Shown here: in pieces, positions 12,431-25,467 of the stretch
Position numbering within the stretch: the first letter of the stretch is position 1
How the letters are laid out: each line of letters begins with the position of its first letter
Origin: Squalus acanthias
Lineage: Eukaryota
Length of the DNA: 64,000 nucleotides
Direction: 5' to 3'
Assembly (NCBI GenBank): GCA_030390025.1
Contig: CM059432.1
Location: 96,784,001 to 96,848,000, forward strand
Made by a program: the position numbers and the translations under genes
The notes under the pieces: model-generated
Told to the model about the DNA's origin: nothing
The model's input: the letters and a program-made list of their open reading frames with translations, nothing else
Database searches by the model: none

Positions 12431-15364
12431 AGTGATTGTCAAATATATACTAAATCATATCACCTATTTAAAATTAATGTAGGACCACATACAGTTGAAC
12501 ATTATTTCTGTTTCTCTGCATTTCTTTCGAAGACAATTCATTCTATTTGTATTTGTTCCCTTTCCCTCCTGCTTTTTGTATTTAATAAGTAGGAGTCTGC
12601 GCTGCCAGATTTCCTTTTGTGGTTTTTGGGAGCTAGCCAATCTTTGTGAAAGGTCCTCTGGCACCATCAAAATGTAAAGTGTATCTGAACTGAATACTGT
12701 GGTAAAAATCTGTGAATCCTGTTGTCAACTGGAGAATGACTGACTGTTTAATGAAACACAGAACTATGCAAACATACGTCAGTGAATTTGAATTCTAATG
12801 TCTTACGCAAGAGAGAAACAATTTTCTCCGATGGATATGTTTTGATCACATTAAAACATTAATTTGAAAAAAAATATTTACCTCAGTCCTTCCTGGTATC
12901 TTGCCCTTCTGCTGACAAATGTATTTATTTATGATGTGGATTGTGTTGTGGTTGTACAAGGTAAAGCAATCTCAGTCAGTTCTGAACACAACAACCATGA
13001 AAAATCCAATTTAATATTTATTACTAGTGTCACAAATAATTTACAAAGTCAATTAGCTTTCAGTGCTTAGTGTAATATGTGATGACAACACTAGGCTACA
13101 GTCAAGTTCAAAGCAAAAAAAAAATTAAATTGTATTAAATGTCAATTGCCAACCTTTCCTATTTAATACATGTCACCCTTCACAAACTCTTAGACACCAA
13201 TATATGATTTCCAGACCAGTAGCTAGATTCCCAATCAAGTTCAATGTCCTGCTGAAAGGAAACATTGATTTCTGAGTGTTGCTGTGCATAACAGTCCTCA
13301 GAACAACATGTAAGTCCATGTTCCCAAATATATGGAATACTTGGTTTATCCAGGCACTTCACTGATTATTTTTGGATTGCTGGCAGTTCTCCTCTGGCCC
13401 TGCTCATGTTAGGTTAGAGGATATGCCATTTTATAATGACAGGAGTAAAATACCATCTAACACACAATCTATTATTCTGCTGCTAAGGTAGGGTTGTGTT
13501 TAAAGTGAACTTTTCCTTTTAAGGGAACATCTAATTGCTGTAAATAAACACACTCAGGTCAGTTAGAGGCTAATTGTTGTTGCTGAGGGAAATCTGTGTG
13601 TAGATTGGCAATACTTGTGAATCCCCGGCTCTTTTTCTGGGGACTTGCCAGGTTGTTAACATTAGATAAAACTAACAGGACTTACTCTTTCAGACTATTT
13701 AAACAGCAGGCAGATTGGCCCCAGGCCCACATTGGAGCCCTGCTGCACCCTAGAAGGAAAGTAGAAGACTTTTATTGGATGCTAGCAATTGCTAGCAGCG
13801 CCTTTGCCGATCCTTTGATCCGAAAGGGTTGCCCACAAACTCTGATGCCCAGTTTTCTTGGGTATTTTTCTTTTCTTGCCAATGCCAGGCACAATCCCCA
13901 GAAAATGGTACAGGAGACATTAATACATCACTCCCATGTCTCTTACATAATATTTAAATGTCCCACCTCAGGAAATGCAAGGCAAGAACAAATCTAGCAT
14001 ACGGGGCTACGTCCCTTTTTTGATCTGCCTTGTGTCCTGGTGATTAGTGAACAGGAAGCACAACGAAAGGAAACTCGGCCCATAATGTCTTCCTCTATAA
14101 AAGAAAACCATTGAAACAAAAGCAGTTACATTTTCTATATTAACATAATTATAGTGCATTCTTGGTTTCAGGAACTGTAATGTAGTTCCTCTTGTACATG
14201 ATACTTTATATCATTGATGTGACCTTACACGTTGATGACTATGTTTTGTTTATAACTATTACCAGGGGGCTGTACTTTCAGTAGCCCCTTTCCTTAGCAT
14301 GTTGTCTGTCAGCTTGCTGATCTTTATAGTATGTGAAATTTTGACTGTTTAGGATCTTCACAATATTGGGGTGTGTGTTTATAAGCATCATGATGATGGC
14401 TTACTTGAAGCACTGCTCCATTGTGTGACCTGGTGAAGAAACTTCTCAGAGTGGGGACTTAGGGTTGCCATTCAATTCATGTAGACTACATGTCACTTTC
14501 AACTGGGGAACCAAAGCATACGTAAATAGGTTTGTAAGGTTGTTTGCCTAATCAAAGATAAGGTGAACATTGACTTTCCCATAAACTCTACCTTGACTAT
14601 CACTCAAGATAGACATAATGCAAAATTTATCATTATTCAATCCAGCTTAAGAACAATATAATTCAGAACAAGATTCTACCTGTACTCTCATCAGAGCCAA
14701 ATTCAGTTCTTATGGAAGAACAGTGGTCAATACTCAGCCTCTATTGGATAGCGAGCGTAGGCATTCTGAATGTTCCTAAAGGTGAGTCCTTGTTAGACAG
14801 TGTAACCCTCTGACTAGGGGTTTCCAAACTTAAGCAATATATTATGAGCTATCTGTCTTAATGAATTTTAGAATAAAATAGTGACATCACTAGTTCATAT
14901 CACTCTATGATGTTTCTATACTGAGCGGATGACGGCCCACAGAAACAGTTTTAAATGTATTCAAACTAATAGAATTACATCTCATGAATTTAAATGTTGA
15001 TATCTCAACTCACTGTTATTTAGTCAAGCATTAGATCTTCTATATCATTTTGAGGAGGAAGATTCCAATTTTGGCAGGGTTACATTGTTCAAAATCACTT
15101 TTACCCACAGCCTAAATATCAGTGTATAGAAAATACTCATTACTGTATAAATACGTAAAATATAAAAATGATTATAATTACTATTTGATGTAAAAAAATA
15201 GCAATTGTTCTGTCCCAACGACCTTCTGATGCAAGCCTTTCATGTGGAACTTTGTCAACTGCTTTTTGGAAGTATATGTTGCAGGGCATCATCTACTTGG
15301 AATGCCACTTTCTTAAATAAGTCGAGGATGTTTCTCAGTCACAATCTTCCCTTTCTGAATCCAT

Positions 15365-15521
15365 AGCTGTGAACTTTCCTCAGAGCTGCTTCTGCTCCGC
15401 TGCCATAACTTCGGCGGACATGCAGCAGAAACCCTATTACCATGTCTAAATTGGGTTTCTGACGCACTTCCGGACAAGTTTTGGAAGTGGAGCAGGGGCA
15501 GCGTCAAGAAAATTCACAGCC
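15365..15521. mobile_element. MITE of about 157 bp
   Basis: TIRs AGCTGTGAACTTTC / GAAAATTCACAGCC, CAT duplication. Confidence 0.7.
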
Positions 15522-15574
15522 CATCTTCGCTACTGTTTACTAGGTTCTTATTATACAGGTACTCCTACCGTTTA

Positions 15575-15960
15575 CTCCCAATAATCAATGTCATTATTTT
15601 GTATGTAATGGAAGAAAGAATACTGGGTCTGCTGTTCCCTGTGTCTATTTTGATGCCTTTTTTTGAAAATCGGTACCATTTTAGCCTGTTTCCAATCTAC
15701 TAATACCTCCCCAGTGTCCATTGGCATCCTCATAATGATTATCATTGCCTCACAATTCTCCTCCCTAGTCTCTTTCCGCACGCTAGGATAAATACCATTT
15801 ATCCCTGGTAATTTCTTTGTTTTGAGCCTTTTTAGCCCTTCTAGGACTTCATTCACATTTATATCAAATTTACTGATTTAACTTTGGTTATCTCTGTTTG
15901 GCGAGGGCATGTTACTCACGTCTTCTCTTGTGAATATTTGGAGGAAGTAATCATACAGAA
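15575..15960 (-). mobile_element. Old CR1 ORF2 fragment
   Basis: LKRLKTKKLPGINGIYP..DWKQAKMVPIFKK. Confidence 0.8.
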
Positions 15961-17052
15961 TATGAACTATCTGATGCTCACCTTCAGTTTCAACACCGAT
16001 TGCTTCTTATTGTTTTGAACAGCACTTAGTCAAACCAGGAGCTGTGAGAAGGCCACAGTTAAAATTCTAAAACGAACATTCTGAATGAAAAGCTCGGCAT
16101 ATTTACAGTACAGTGATTCCAATCCTATTGCTGCAGACATTGCTTCCAGAGTCAGCTGAAGTGCCACACAACACTGAATAATAAAAAGATTGGTATATTA
16201 AAAGAAGATTGTAATATATTAGATCTGGTATCATCATATTTTCTACAGCTTCAGACAAATGTAGATAATTCTTTTTGTCTACTTGAAAAAATGTTTTGGT
16301 ACGTAGTAAAGTAAGGCAAGCATGAATTCAATTTAAGGTCATCAGTAATATCAACAGAACAATACTGCAGAGCAAAAACATGCTGTAGGTAAAATGTTGG
16401 TATTTAGTGATTGATTTAACTGTAATTTATATTGAAACTTCTATTTAAGGACAAAACAGATTCTAAATATTTTAATATTTACCCTTGTGATTGTAAAAGC
16501 CTATCTGGATATTAAGGTGGACTGTCAATTAAACTCTTCCAGGATTGCCATTAAGATCTCCAACTGAGCCTTTTTTAGGTGCACACATTCAAAGGCAACA
16601 TAATTGTTCTGTAATTACAGTATTGAGCGCAGCAGGAGTTGGACTATAACAGGCTCATCAACACTCATTTCACTTGTAACCTGTTTCAGTGTAAATGGGG
16701 GATAATTGATTGTTGTCTCTACATTCGAAAAATCCCTCAGCCATTTCAAAAATCTTTGGTTTCCTACAAACTTCTACTTTGATTTTCTCTCCAAATCCTC
16801 AACTTCTGTCCTCCCCTGAAAGCACTGATTCTTTTAATGGGCACAGTCACTTGAATGATGGCGAACTTCCAGCATCTTACTGACATGGTCATAATTCATC
16901 TATAAGTTTTTACAGCTTCAGCAGACTTTCTGACTATGGAGATCATCACAACTGAGATGGACCCTAGTCCTCAACTGATGTCCCACATCCATGGACTACA
17001 AGCAAATTGTTGTATAAAATCTGGGCGTGTGAATTCTGGCTGATTTGTCACT

Positions 17053-17298
17053 TTGTTGAACAACTTCTCCTTTAATTCCACTCGTTTCCTTCAGTTAAAA
17101 GGTGTCACTATAGGATTCCTAGCTCTGCCTGTCCTTTTGCAGGATATGTTAAACACTCTTTGTTCCAGTCCTAGTCAAGCCCCCTCCCTGACCTCCTTTT
17201 CCAATGCATCACTGACTGTAGCGGCCCTGCTCCTGCTCTTTCCCTGATCCAGAGAACTGCATTAACTATGCTTCAAATTTTCACCCATCCCTTACCCT
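17053..17298 (+). mobile_element. Penelope-like RT fragment
   Basis: LNNFSFNSTRFLQLKGV matches the PLE RT motif N.F.F....Y/F.Q..G..MG. Confidence 0.7.
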
Positions 17299-17728
17299 GA
17301 GGAAGATCAGGACGGGAAGGGCTATTGATGCATCCCCGCCATAATTTACTTTCGTGCCCTGCCCCAGCACGAAAGGCTGACCGTCACCCTTTCACTGCCC
17401 CACAGTGGTGGTTCTGCTGCAGCACTGCCCGCATTTGCCTGGCTGGCGGTGACAGGTTCCCTTTTGCTGGCAGGCTGGGAGCCCACTCTGTAGATGTAAC
17501 AACCTCGACTCAGTTCATGGCGGGTTGTACGGCAGGTGACAGTCCTGTCCCGATAATCCTGGGCTGGGTTGAGGAAAACCAAGCTCATCCCATTTGATGA
17601 CCCTTGCAGTGTTCTATTATTCAACCTTATTACACAGCAGTAACTCTTTTGTTTTCCAGATAGGGTCTAGAAACGATTACTGAACATTAGTTGGTCTGTT
17701 AGGGGAGCAGCCAAATTTGTGGAATATT

Positions 17729-18470
17729 GGGCCAAAAATTGATCCCGCTACGCGAGAGTACGCACTGCGTACTCTCGCGTATTCTCTCTCCAATTGCTGG
17801 TTTTCTGCATGCACTGCGCATGCGCTGAAAACCGGCACTTGGTCTTTGGAAAAGGGGGCGGTTCCTCGGTGCACCGCGTGCGCGCTACAGGCTGCGCGCA
17901 CGCTGTGCACTTAGTGCTTTGGACGCGCAGGTAAGGACGGAAGATTTTAGAAACGAAAAAAGGAGGAGTAAGACCCACTTTTAACAAGGTAAGTAGTGAA
18001 TTAAGTATTATTTTGAATTTTTTTTAACAGGTATATCTTTTTTAGAGACTTTAAAGACAGGTAAGTTTATTTTTATAACTTTTTAAAAGATTTAAAATTT
18101 TTTCAAAAATTTTATTTTTTATTTAAAATAGTCAATTTATTTAACTATACTTATTTTATTAATGTGATGGGTTTTTTTTTAAATTTAATTAAGGTTTAGC
18201 TGTTATTTTGGGTGTGTAAGATTCATAGCTTTCACAGCACGTCTGTGAAACTTATGAATGGAAGATGGTGTGCTGCCATTGGCTCTAACTGAGTCACGTG
18301 ATCCCACAGCTCGCACGAATTCACTACGCTGGTGGGATACGCAAGCACTGCCCAGCTGATGTCTAGAACATCAAGTTCGTGCGAGCTGGATCTGAAAAAG
18401 CCAACGCGGAGTGAGAGATCGCGCCTGCTCCTTACCCCCGCGGGAACAGAGCGAGATCAATTTCTGGGCC
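17729..18470 (+). mobile_element. Palindrome-bearing MITE (Harbinger-like, 3-bp TSD)
   Basis: TIRs GGGCCAAAAATTGATC / GATCAATTTCTGGGCC, ATT duplication, colinear with 7563-8313. Confidence 0.9.
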
Positions 18471-19639
18471 ATTATCTTAGGCATTTTCAGGCAGTCATAA
18501 TAATTTTAAATAAAAATACAAAATTTGTTTCAAAATGTCTAACTTGTTTTGTTCTGTGTTTAAAGATTCTACCTAGTTTAACTTCTAAATGAAATAAGAT
18601 ACAGCAAATACATCAATCTATTGAATTATATTTAAAAATGATGGTCACATACTCAGCAACAAGCTATATGATTCACATTCTATAGCGTTTGAATTTCTTT
18701 TAAAATCCTATTGCTTTAAGGTAACAGCACATAATATTTAATGTCAATAAATCTAATTTAAGGATATTTATCTACCACAGATAACTGTGAAGGGAGGCAC
18801 TTTTTTCACAGTAGTCAATCCTGCCACAGGCTCCTTATTCTGAGTGCCAGTTAACCTTGTATAGTCAAGATTGATCTTGATTATAAATAGCAGAGAAGTC
18901 TTTCACAAATGACTTTTGATGTTCACTGACAGCTGAGACCAAACCAATGTCAAAATGAGAAATTAGATTCATGTAAATTGGACTGTAGCTGTGATACTTG
19001 TTACTTAAATATTGCATTCTGGTGAAGCAGGTAACAACTGCAGCTTTGAATCTCATATGTAATCCAACCCTACTACTATATCTCTCGGTTACATATTTCT
19101 TTGGCAAATTTTTGCTGCACAAGTAAGTTTCAGAATAAGCATGGACACTATTACTGTATATCCCTTTGCTACTCATGAGGTTATTGGTATTAAAAATACA
19201 GCAGTGATGTTAAATACTTGATAAGAACAGAATATTATGTAACAATTATCACATGGATGGTGCTGGTACCACAGCTCACAATCAATAAAGTATCAAATAC
19301 ATTCCCACCAAAGATTCTACTTATACAATTTTTTATTACCCTTAAGAAAATGTTAAGGATGATTTTGTTTTAATGTGTTTGAATCTCCTGTGGAGTTGCC
19401 CATCGACAAAATGGATGGGTTTATAATAAGAGATGGTGATGTTGTAAGTTCATAGATTGTTTTTATTATTTATGTTAATGAAGCAGTAATGTTTCTTTTA
19501 AATGTAGTATTTGTATAAAGTGAGCAAATAAATAATGAAATGTAGTGATTAATTTATTCAGTTACCAAATAATCTACTGAATCAGGAGGAGGCAGTCTAA
19601 TTATGCATATTGGGGCCTACACCAGTTGTAGTATGAAAA

Positions 19640-20025
19640 CAAGGACTATTAAAGGGTGTGGGGAGTGAGTAGAATCAGATAATAAAGCTCATGTGGAGAA
19701 AAATACTGGTGCAGACTTTTTAAGCTAAATGGCCTCCTTCTCTATGTAACATTCTATGATTTACATAGAATTTACAGCACAGAAACAGGCCATTCAGCCC
19801 AACTGGTCTATGCCACTGTTTGATCTCACCCTATCAGCATAACCTCCTGTTCCTTTCTCCATCATGTACTTATCTAGCTTCCCCTTAAATACATCTGTTA
19901 TTCGTCTCAACTACTTCATGTGGTAGCAATCTCCACATTCTAACCACTCTCTCGGTAAAGAAGTTTCTCCTGAATTCCTTATTGGATTTATTAGTGACTA
20001 TCACATATTTATGATCTCTAGTTTT
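19640..20025. mobile_element. Two CR1 3'-end fragments, tail-to-tail
   Basis: AATGGCCTCCTTCT..ATTCTATGAT on + (to about 19760), then CATAGAAT..ACAGCACAGAAACAGGCCATTC, which is the tail on -. Confidence 0.75.
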
Positions 20026-21959
20026 GAATTTTCTCTACTATTTTTGCATAGCTTAATATGAAAAAAAACCAAATGAGGATGTTGAAATAAAGCAAATTTA
20101 TTTTAAGGCAATTTTCATTCTGCATGGAGTGGTGCAGTATGTAGTAAAATATGTGATTAATGCTTTCATTTGCACAATTCTGGATAATTGTAAAAACCCA
20201 ACTGGTTCACCAATGTCCTGGAATCTTGAACTTAACGCTACAAATACCCGCACCCCCTCCCCAACCCCCACTCTCTCTGCTCCTCACAAAGAGGATGAGA
20301 AGGCAAGAAGCCCAATCCCCCTGAACCAATTTCCCTTATTGCACTTTATTAGGCATTTGCAAATGATTGTCTGAACTTCATATTCACTCACTTTCCTACC
20401 TTAGCTCAAGTATAAAAAAAACTTCCTGTTTCATAAAGTATCCGAATAGTTGGAGAATTTAACAAAAGGAGAAATAATGCCCCTCACAGATTCTACATTT
20501 TGCCTCTAATTAGCCGTTCGTTGTACACATCGATAACATTAAAAATCTTACATCGGCGTGCACTTCCTATCTGCAAAACCTTACTTCCTGTTGTCAAATT
20601 TTCCATTATAGATTCCATGTGCCCATTTATAATGCAAACTGCTTCTGTAAACTTGTTACACTGTAATTATACCCTGCCACCAATGGTAATGCTCAGTGTA
20701 GTGTCTCCTCAGCCTGTACTGCAGGGAAACTACTATGAACCAACCAACTCTACTTCTCTAGTTTGCAAAATGTCGTAAGTTTTGCTATTTAACTATAAAT
20801 AATATAAGATCAATATATTGGGCCAGATCATGCTGGAGCTGGGGTAGGCCATTAGTTAGAGATTTTCCTGCATCCTTCTGCTTAAAATTATTTTACGTCA
20901 TAACTTACTGCAAGTGCGAGCTGATAACGGTGCGGTGAGGCAGCGGGACTTCTGGGATGTTAGTGAATGACCGGAGCAACAGTGTATCTCTGTAACCAAT
21001 GAAATTTAAGGATTCAGAATGAAACAAAGGAATGACTGAGAGGAAGGTAAATTAGAGTCAAATCAGGTACAAAAGGAGAACTAACAGAAAGAAGGATTGG
21101 ATTAAGAGAGAGAGAAAATCATTGCAAATTAAGTGTTTTATTTTAACCCAGCCATGTAGTTCATTAGGTTCTTTACGTAGGAATAAAGTAATCCTTTCAC
21201 ATGAGATTCACATTTAAAGGTTCCCTACCTCTAAGACATGACTGTGAAATGGAAATGTGTTCTTTGTGCCAAAATGAAGGTAGTATTTAGTTCAGCAATC
21301 TGGCCTGTTCTGGACCACTGTCATTGATCATTGAATGCTAGCACCATTCCTCTTGTGTCAGATATGTCAGCAGCATGCTTGATGCATATTCATTTTGTCA
21401 GTATTGATTTATCTGTGCATTAAGTGTAAATCCATGTGTTCCTATGGAAATGTATCCTTTAAAATACAGTGTTAAACTTAAGAAATTAATATCTTTAAAT
21501 ATAGTTCAACATAGAAGAATGAGCGTTGCTTTTATACAACTATGGTAATGAGGGTCATTTCAGTTGAAAGCTTTTTCTATTTCATCTGCATATTTAGTTC
21601 TCTAATTCTGTTTGTTGTTTAAAAACCATGAAAGTTACTCAATTGTTAATAAAGAATCCTGTTTTTGATTTGTATTTTCTATAGTTAGAAAGGCATGTCT
21701 GAAAACCCTGAATTCTGTGAAGTCTGAGCTATCATATGTCAGAATTCCCAATTTCTATGAAGCTTTTATCTGGTTTGTTGAAACATTGAATTCTGCTACA
21801 AACCTAGAGAACTGTGGATTCAAGATAGAGATCAGCAATCTTCAAATATGAGATCCAAAGGCTACAAAGTATAATATACATTTCTTTTTGCCTCATAGGA
21901 ATGTATATCAAAGTACAAAGTTCTGTGGATAAATAGATTACAACTAAACTGAAACTTAA

Positions 21960-22480
21960 AAGGAGGGCATACCTTAAAGTTAGGGCTGATAATACTAAAT
22001 AAGGGAATACAATAAAAGACTAGCAAATAATATAAAGGTAATAGTAATGGCTTTAGTAAGCATCTACAAAGTAAAAGAATAATAAAAGGGAGGGTAGGAC
22101 CACTGAGATGAAGGAGGGGTTCTAATTGTAAACAATTAAGATATACAAAATATTAATATCGCCATTATGATTTTTATCAATGCTAGTGGAAATGCGATTG
22201 TTGGTATACTGTCAGAGGATACAGAACGATTGTCAGAGATAACTGTAGAAATGGAATTGGTTCTGAAAAGAAATTAGCAGATAAGTCACCAGGCCCTGGT
22301 GGTATTCACCCTAGATTGTTAAAAGCAGTCCGAGGGGAGATAACAGAGGCTTTGGCCACAATTTTGTAATCTCCTCAAATATGCAAATTGTGCCATGGGA
22401 TTGGAAAGTGGCATATATAATTCCTTTGATAAACTAGGTAACTATAGAACATCTAGTTCAACATCAGTCCTGGGCAAACA
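21960..22480 (+). mobile_element. Old CR1 ORF2 fragment
   Basis: Decayed ADKSPGPGGIHPRLLK..DWKVA..GNYR reading. Confidence 0.75.
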
Positions 22481-22903
22481 ATTGATTTGAACCCCCCCAT
22501 TCCCAACGAGAATCGCGGCAGCTTGCAACTCACCACATCTGTGCTGAATTAGCACTACGTGCCATTTTAACAGGCACATTTAAGCCAGGCAGACGAAGGC
22601 CCAATGGACATGCAAAAGTTGGGGTCTAATGATGTCATTCAGTATTCCAATATAATGTTGTCCATTTCATGCTGAGTGCCCAGCTGACAGCAAGAGCTGG
22701 CACAAAGCAGGAGTGTGGGCATTGCTTTGCAGTGAATAAAAATAAACATTTCAACTCTTTCTGATAATTACAAAGGAATTAGTACCAAAAAGTATATTTT
22801 TTCAAAATGTAGCAACTTATAGCAGATAATGCAGGTGCACAATTGTCTTAAAGCTGCAACATCCCACAGTTACACTTTTGCAGTGGATAGTTAAAGACAT
22901 ACA

Positions 22904-24630
22904 GGGGAAGAATTGGGCTACTTACTGTCACCCGTTAGCGCTGGAATCCTGGAAAAAAGTGGTGGCCGCCACTCTAAAGCCCTCTTCTGGCGTGGGACTC
23001 AGCAGCCACCATTTTGGTGAGGGTCATAGCGCTGCGAACTTGGACTTTGTGCTGAGACTAGTGCTAGGTCCTAAGCTCACTCTGAAAAGTGAACGTGCAC
23101 CAGACCGAGACAGACGCTGTCAGCACTTCTTAAAGGGACACACACACCTTTCAGGTAAGTTTACATTTAAGCTTTTGTACTGGATCGTTTCATATTTTCT
23201 CGAAGTACTGGCTTGGTGCAATACATGTTAAAAGTTTTTAAAATGTGCAGGGAGTGCTGCTTGCAATGCCTCAAATGGTAAAGGAAGGCCTCTGAGAAGA
23301 CAGAAAATGCTGGAAATACTCAGCAGGTCAGGCAGCATCTGTGGAGAGACAAACAGAGTTCACATCTCCGGTCGAGATGCTGCCTGACCTGCTGAGTATT
23401 TTCAGCATTTTCTGCTTTTTAGTTCAGATTTCCAGCATCCGCTCACAGAGGGAAGAGGAGGGCGCAACCCAGACATCCCTTTCTGGCCGGGATGGAATTA
23501 TCCTCTCTGGTACCAGTGACACAATGCTGAAATAAAAGCCGCTGCTTCTTCTCCTGGCTGGGCAGGCTGCATTTCTTGGGTGTGTGAAATGAGGAAGGCA
23601 CCAGGGTAGAGTTGTGGTGAGTGGGGTGCGGGGTGGGGTGGGGGGGGGGGTGGGGGGGGGCGGAAGCAAGAAGTGCATGCAAGAAGGAAGATAACGTATG
23701 AGGATATCAGCATCGTGTATTCTTTCAGCCCCACCGCTGGCCAAGGACTCAGCCATGCCCCTGCCAAGAATGGCCAGTACCGTCTCCTCCAAGGGGGTGA
23801 GGTGAAGCTAGGAATGTGAGCTGTGCCTTGTATTTGGTACAGATTGTTGGTAGGTGAGTGATGGAGGGGAGGGGAGGGGGTGCGGTCGTGCAATGAGCAG
23901 TGTGTGAGGCTAGTGGTGCAGTTGGTAGGAGACGGCTTTTGAAGATGCATTCACTGACCTTGACCAGTGGTTTGAGGTCATGAAGCTTCTTTGGGCACTG
24001 GAGCCAGGTGGTGGGGTGACACTGCTGGCAGTGACGGCCTCGGTGATCTGGTCCCACCTCGTTCTTTCTGGAGGGCCTCCTGGCCCCCTGTGGGGAGAGG
24101 ACCTCTCTTGCAGTGTTGACCCCCTGCACAAAGCTTGAGTGCTGCGTGTGAGACCCTGGGGCCCCTTCCCTGGCTTGTTGAACCATTTGTGTTGGTGCTG
24201 AAGCACTTTTCCCATTTATTGAGGTGCGGAAGGCAATTCAGTTTTAAGAGCTGAAGACTGCCATTTGGGAATTAATTTTAATGTTTTTTTTCAGAAGGCA
24301 GTTGGGCTCTAAGGGTTAAAAACTACCTATTTTTAAATTATTTTTATTTTTTTCATTTTTAGAAGGCGGTTTAGTGCTTTCTAAAATGACGGCCTTGCTT
24401 TAAGAGAAGGCTGTTCTTGCTGTAATGATGCTACGACCACGCTACATTGGGCCTCCTGCTGAGACTACCGCCTGAAAACCAGCCTTGCACAGTGCGTTTA
24501 GCGCTGCACTGATGTTAATTAGGAAGCAGCACCAATACACCGGTGCTGCCAGTGCTATTAATTTCGGCGGCCATTAACTGCAGCCCGCAGTGCCACTGGC
24601 AAGTTTCCAGCACTCTCGAATTTCTAGGCC
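22904..24630. mobile_element. Non-autonomous Harbinger with Myb/SANT remnant (-) and a captured Penelope-derived hairpin
   Basis: GGGGAAGAATT / GAATTTCTAGGCC ends. Myb remnant QQAREGAP..WDQITEAVTASSV..TWLQCPKKLHDL then a gtcagt donor. Colinear with 56748-58567. Confidence 0.8.
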
Positions 24631-25226
24631 AGGATTTTTTTCTATTCCCATTGATAATGACATATTTGTGGTTTTGTGACAGAGTTGAGAACAGAAAGTA
24701 CCTAATCTGTGTATAATATCACTACCATCTGCCCTTGTCCTTAAATTCTGGCTCTGTGATGGCACAAATCAATGATCAGAGAATAGAGGTCATTACCCTG
24801 TTAATAAAGCCCACTTGAGACGGCAGAAAAACTTAAATACCTTCACAAAAATTGCTGCAGCATAGATAACTCTTGGCTCCTATCTGGATTGCTGAAAAAT
24901 TGAATTCTGCTGCAAACCTAGAGAATTGCAGATATTGCAAGCTTAGTGGTGACCATTGCTGAAATTATTGTACGAATTATTGTCTTTGTGTTATATTCCT
25001 GCTAGCTATTTTGATGCAGACATCAACTCGTGAATTTTAAAGTAATCTAATGCCTCTGCTAAATTAGTTGATCCAAGACTGTCATTTGACTGCCATACGA
25101 ACATATCAAAATTTTAATAAGCTGTATAAAAGCACATAGCTGTGTTCTGCTGTTTGCACAGTATAGGGTGCCTAGAATCATGCACTGTCAGCATGGCAGC
25201 TATATTAAAAATAGGAAAAACCAGGT

Positions 25227-25427
25227 TGTGGCGGAGCGCCACCTAAACGGGCATTATCCACTTTTCCGTCCGTGGACAAGGCAGGAGTGGGCGGGGCCTC
25301 AGGATTTTCCAGAGAATTCTGGGAGCAGTCTGTTCAGCCATTTTGTGCCATGCAGTGTTATTAAAAAAGTCTCTTGTTTTACGCACATGGATTCAGCCTT
25401 AATTCGTGTTTCGCGGCAGCCTCAACA
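25227..25427 (+). repeat. 5' LTR of about 201 bp
   Basis: TGTGG...CAACA boundaries directly before the PBS, with a GC box (GGGCGGGG) and ATTAAA. The 5' edge is inferred because no 3' LTR is present. Confidence 0.75.
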
Positions 25428-25428
25428 T

Positions 25429-25442
25429 TGGTGACCCCGACG
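25429..25442 (+). promoter_or_regulatory. Primer binding site, tRNA-Trp
   Basis: TGGTGACCCCGACG is the reverse complement of the vertebrate tRNA-Trp 3' end (..CGTCGGGGTCACCA). Confidence 0.9.
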
Positions 25443-25467
25443 CTCAGAACGTATTCCGAGCAATGCA

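Noticed and set aside
14620..14787. Host exon ending at AAG|GTGAGT (about 14781)
   Set aside because: An open frame of about 54 codons exists, but the acceptor is weak, the peptide is unrecognisable and there are no partner exons.
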